The position numbers were made by a program, and so were the translations under genes. A DNA stretch of 63,163 nt, taken from the NCBI GenBank assembly GCA_040954595.2, contig JBECUI020000049.1, positions 1-63,163 of the forward strand, read 5' to 3'. The notes under the pieces were generated by a model. That model was not told the origin of the DNA. It saw only the letters and a program-made list of their open reading frames with translations, and searched no databases. Positions 62,355 through 63,163 of this stretch are shown here, piece after piece (position 1 is the stretch's first letter; each line of letters opens with the position of its first letter). The stretch comes from Balanoglossus misakiensis (lineage: Eukaryota; Animalia; Hemichordata).

Positions 62355-63163
62355 TGGCCTACGTTAGCAAGCTTTTTAAAGAAAATTTTTTGGAATACGC
62401 CTCTTATGTCATTAAGGAACGGGCCATTCCCCATCTGGACGATGGATTGAAACCGGTGCAGCGGCGCATTCTTCAAGCACTTTTTGATATGGACGACGGC
62501 AAGTTTCATAAAGTGGCTAATGTGGTGGGGCATACCATGCAGTACCATCCTCATGGTGATGCCTCCATTTACGAAGCTCTGGTAAATCTTGCCAATAAAG
62601 AGCTTTTTATAGACAAGCAGGGAAACTTTGGTAACACCCTGACCGGTGATCCCTCTTCGGCAGCCAGATACATTGAATGTCGTCTCCTACCTCTAGGCAG
62701 GCAAGTACTTTTTAAACCAGAAATCACTGCCTTTGTGGATTCCTATGATGGGCGCCGAAAAGAGCCAGTAACATTTCCTGCAAAACTCCCTCTGGGAATT
62801 ATTCTGGGGGCCGAGGGCATAGCTGTGGGCATGTCTACCCACATCCTTCCTCACAATTTTATAGAAGTTCTTGAGGCCGAAAAGGCATGCCTCCAAGAGA
62901 AGCCTTTTACCTTGTACCCCGACATTCCTTCGGGAGGCCTATTGGATGTCTCAGCCTATGCTGATGGAAACGGCAAGGTTCTCAGCAGAGCCCGACTGGA
63001 TACAACGGATTCTAAAAGAATCATTGTGCGGGAGTTACCCCATGGTACTACTACCGAAGACCTTATCTCTTCTATTGAGACGGCTGCCCGAAGGAACAAA
63101 ATCAAAATCGGCAGCATGACCGATTACACCACCGAAAAAGTCGAAATCGAAATCAAACTGCCC
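62354..63163 (+). CDS. parC: DNA topoisomerase IV subunit A (3' truncated by window edge)
   Basis: FLEYASYVIKERAIPHLDDGLKPVQRRIL, YHPHGDASI, AARYIE; TAATG overlap with parE. Confidence 0.92.
   Translation, partial: MAYVSKLFKENFLEYASYVIKERAIPHLDDGLKPVQRRILQALFDMDDGKFHKVANVVGHTMQYHPHGDASIYEALVNLANKELFIDKQGNFGNTLTGDPSSAARYIECRLLPLGRQVLFKPEITAFVDSYDGRRKEPVTFPAKLPLGIILGAEGIAVGMSTHILPHNFIEVLEAEKACLQEKPFTLYPDIPSGGLLDVSAYADGNGKVLSRARLDTTDSKRIIVRELPHGTTTEDLISSIETAARRNKIKIGSMTDYTTEKVEIEIKLP

Overview
63 kb of chromosome from a spirochaete (Spirochaetaceae-like, judged from the 16S, the lepB-lepB-hemW/smpB synteny and spirochaete-style binding-protein N-termini). Core genes: mutL, an RlmD-family methyltransferase, hemW, two lepB, smpB, a UvrD/Rep helicase, pgsA, parE/parC, tRNA-Met and one complete 16S-tRNA-Ile-23S-5S operon. 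Accessory blocks: a sugar ABC operon, a peptide ABC operon, a GntR/YtrA-type ABC operon with a 38-bp palindromic operator, decayed IS256 elements, and a seven-gene sulfur-relay operon. That operon encodes a ThiS-like carrier with a masked Gly-Gly end, an E1/ThiF enzyme, a JAB protease, a secreted beta-propeller ending in GFACY, YeeE, a secreted rhodanese and TusA. Most notable: (i) this periplasm-to-cytoplasm ubiquitin-like sulfur relay has no end-use enzyme in the window; (ii) a rearranged IS256 carries four perfect 30-bp GTAG-type palindromes, a palindromic 15-bp tandem array and an hsdM-like fragment; (iii) a 1605-aa SprA-like candidate giant beta-barrel; (iv) recurrent leaderless-gene promoter architecture. 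Many 1-bp homopolymer indels, including in essential genes and in 16S, most likely reflect long-read errors, so frameshift calls are tentative. All family calls come from motif recognition only; no database searches were run.
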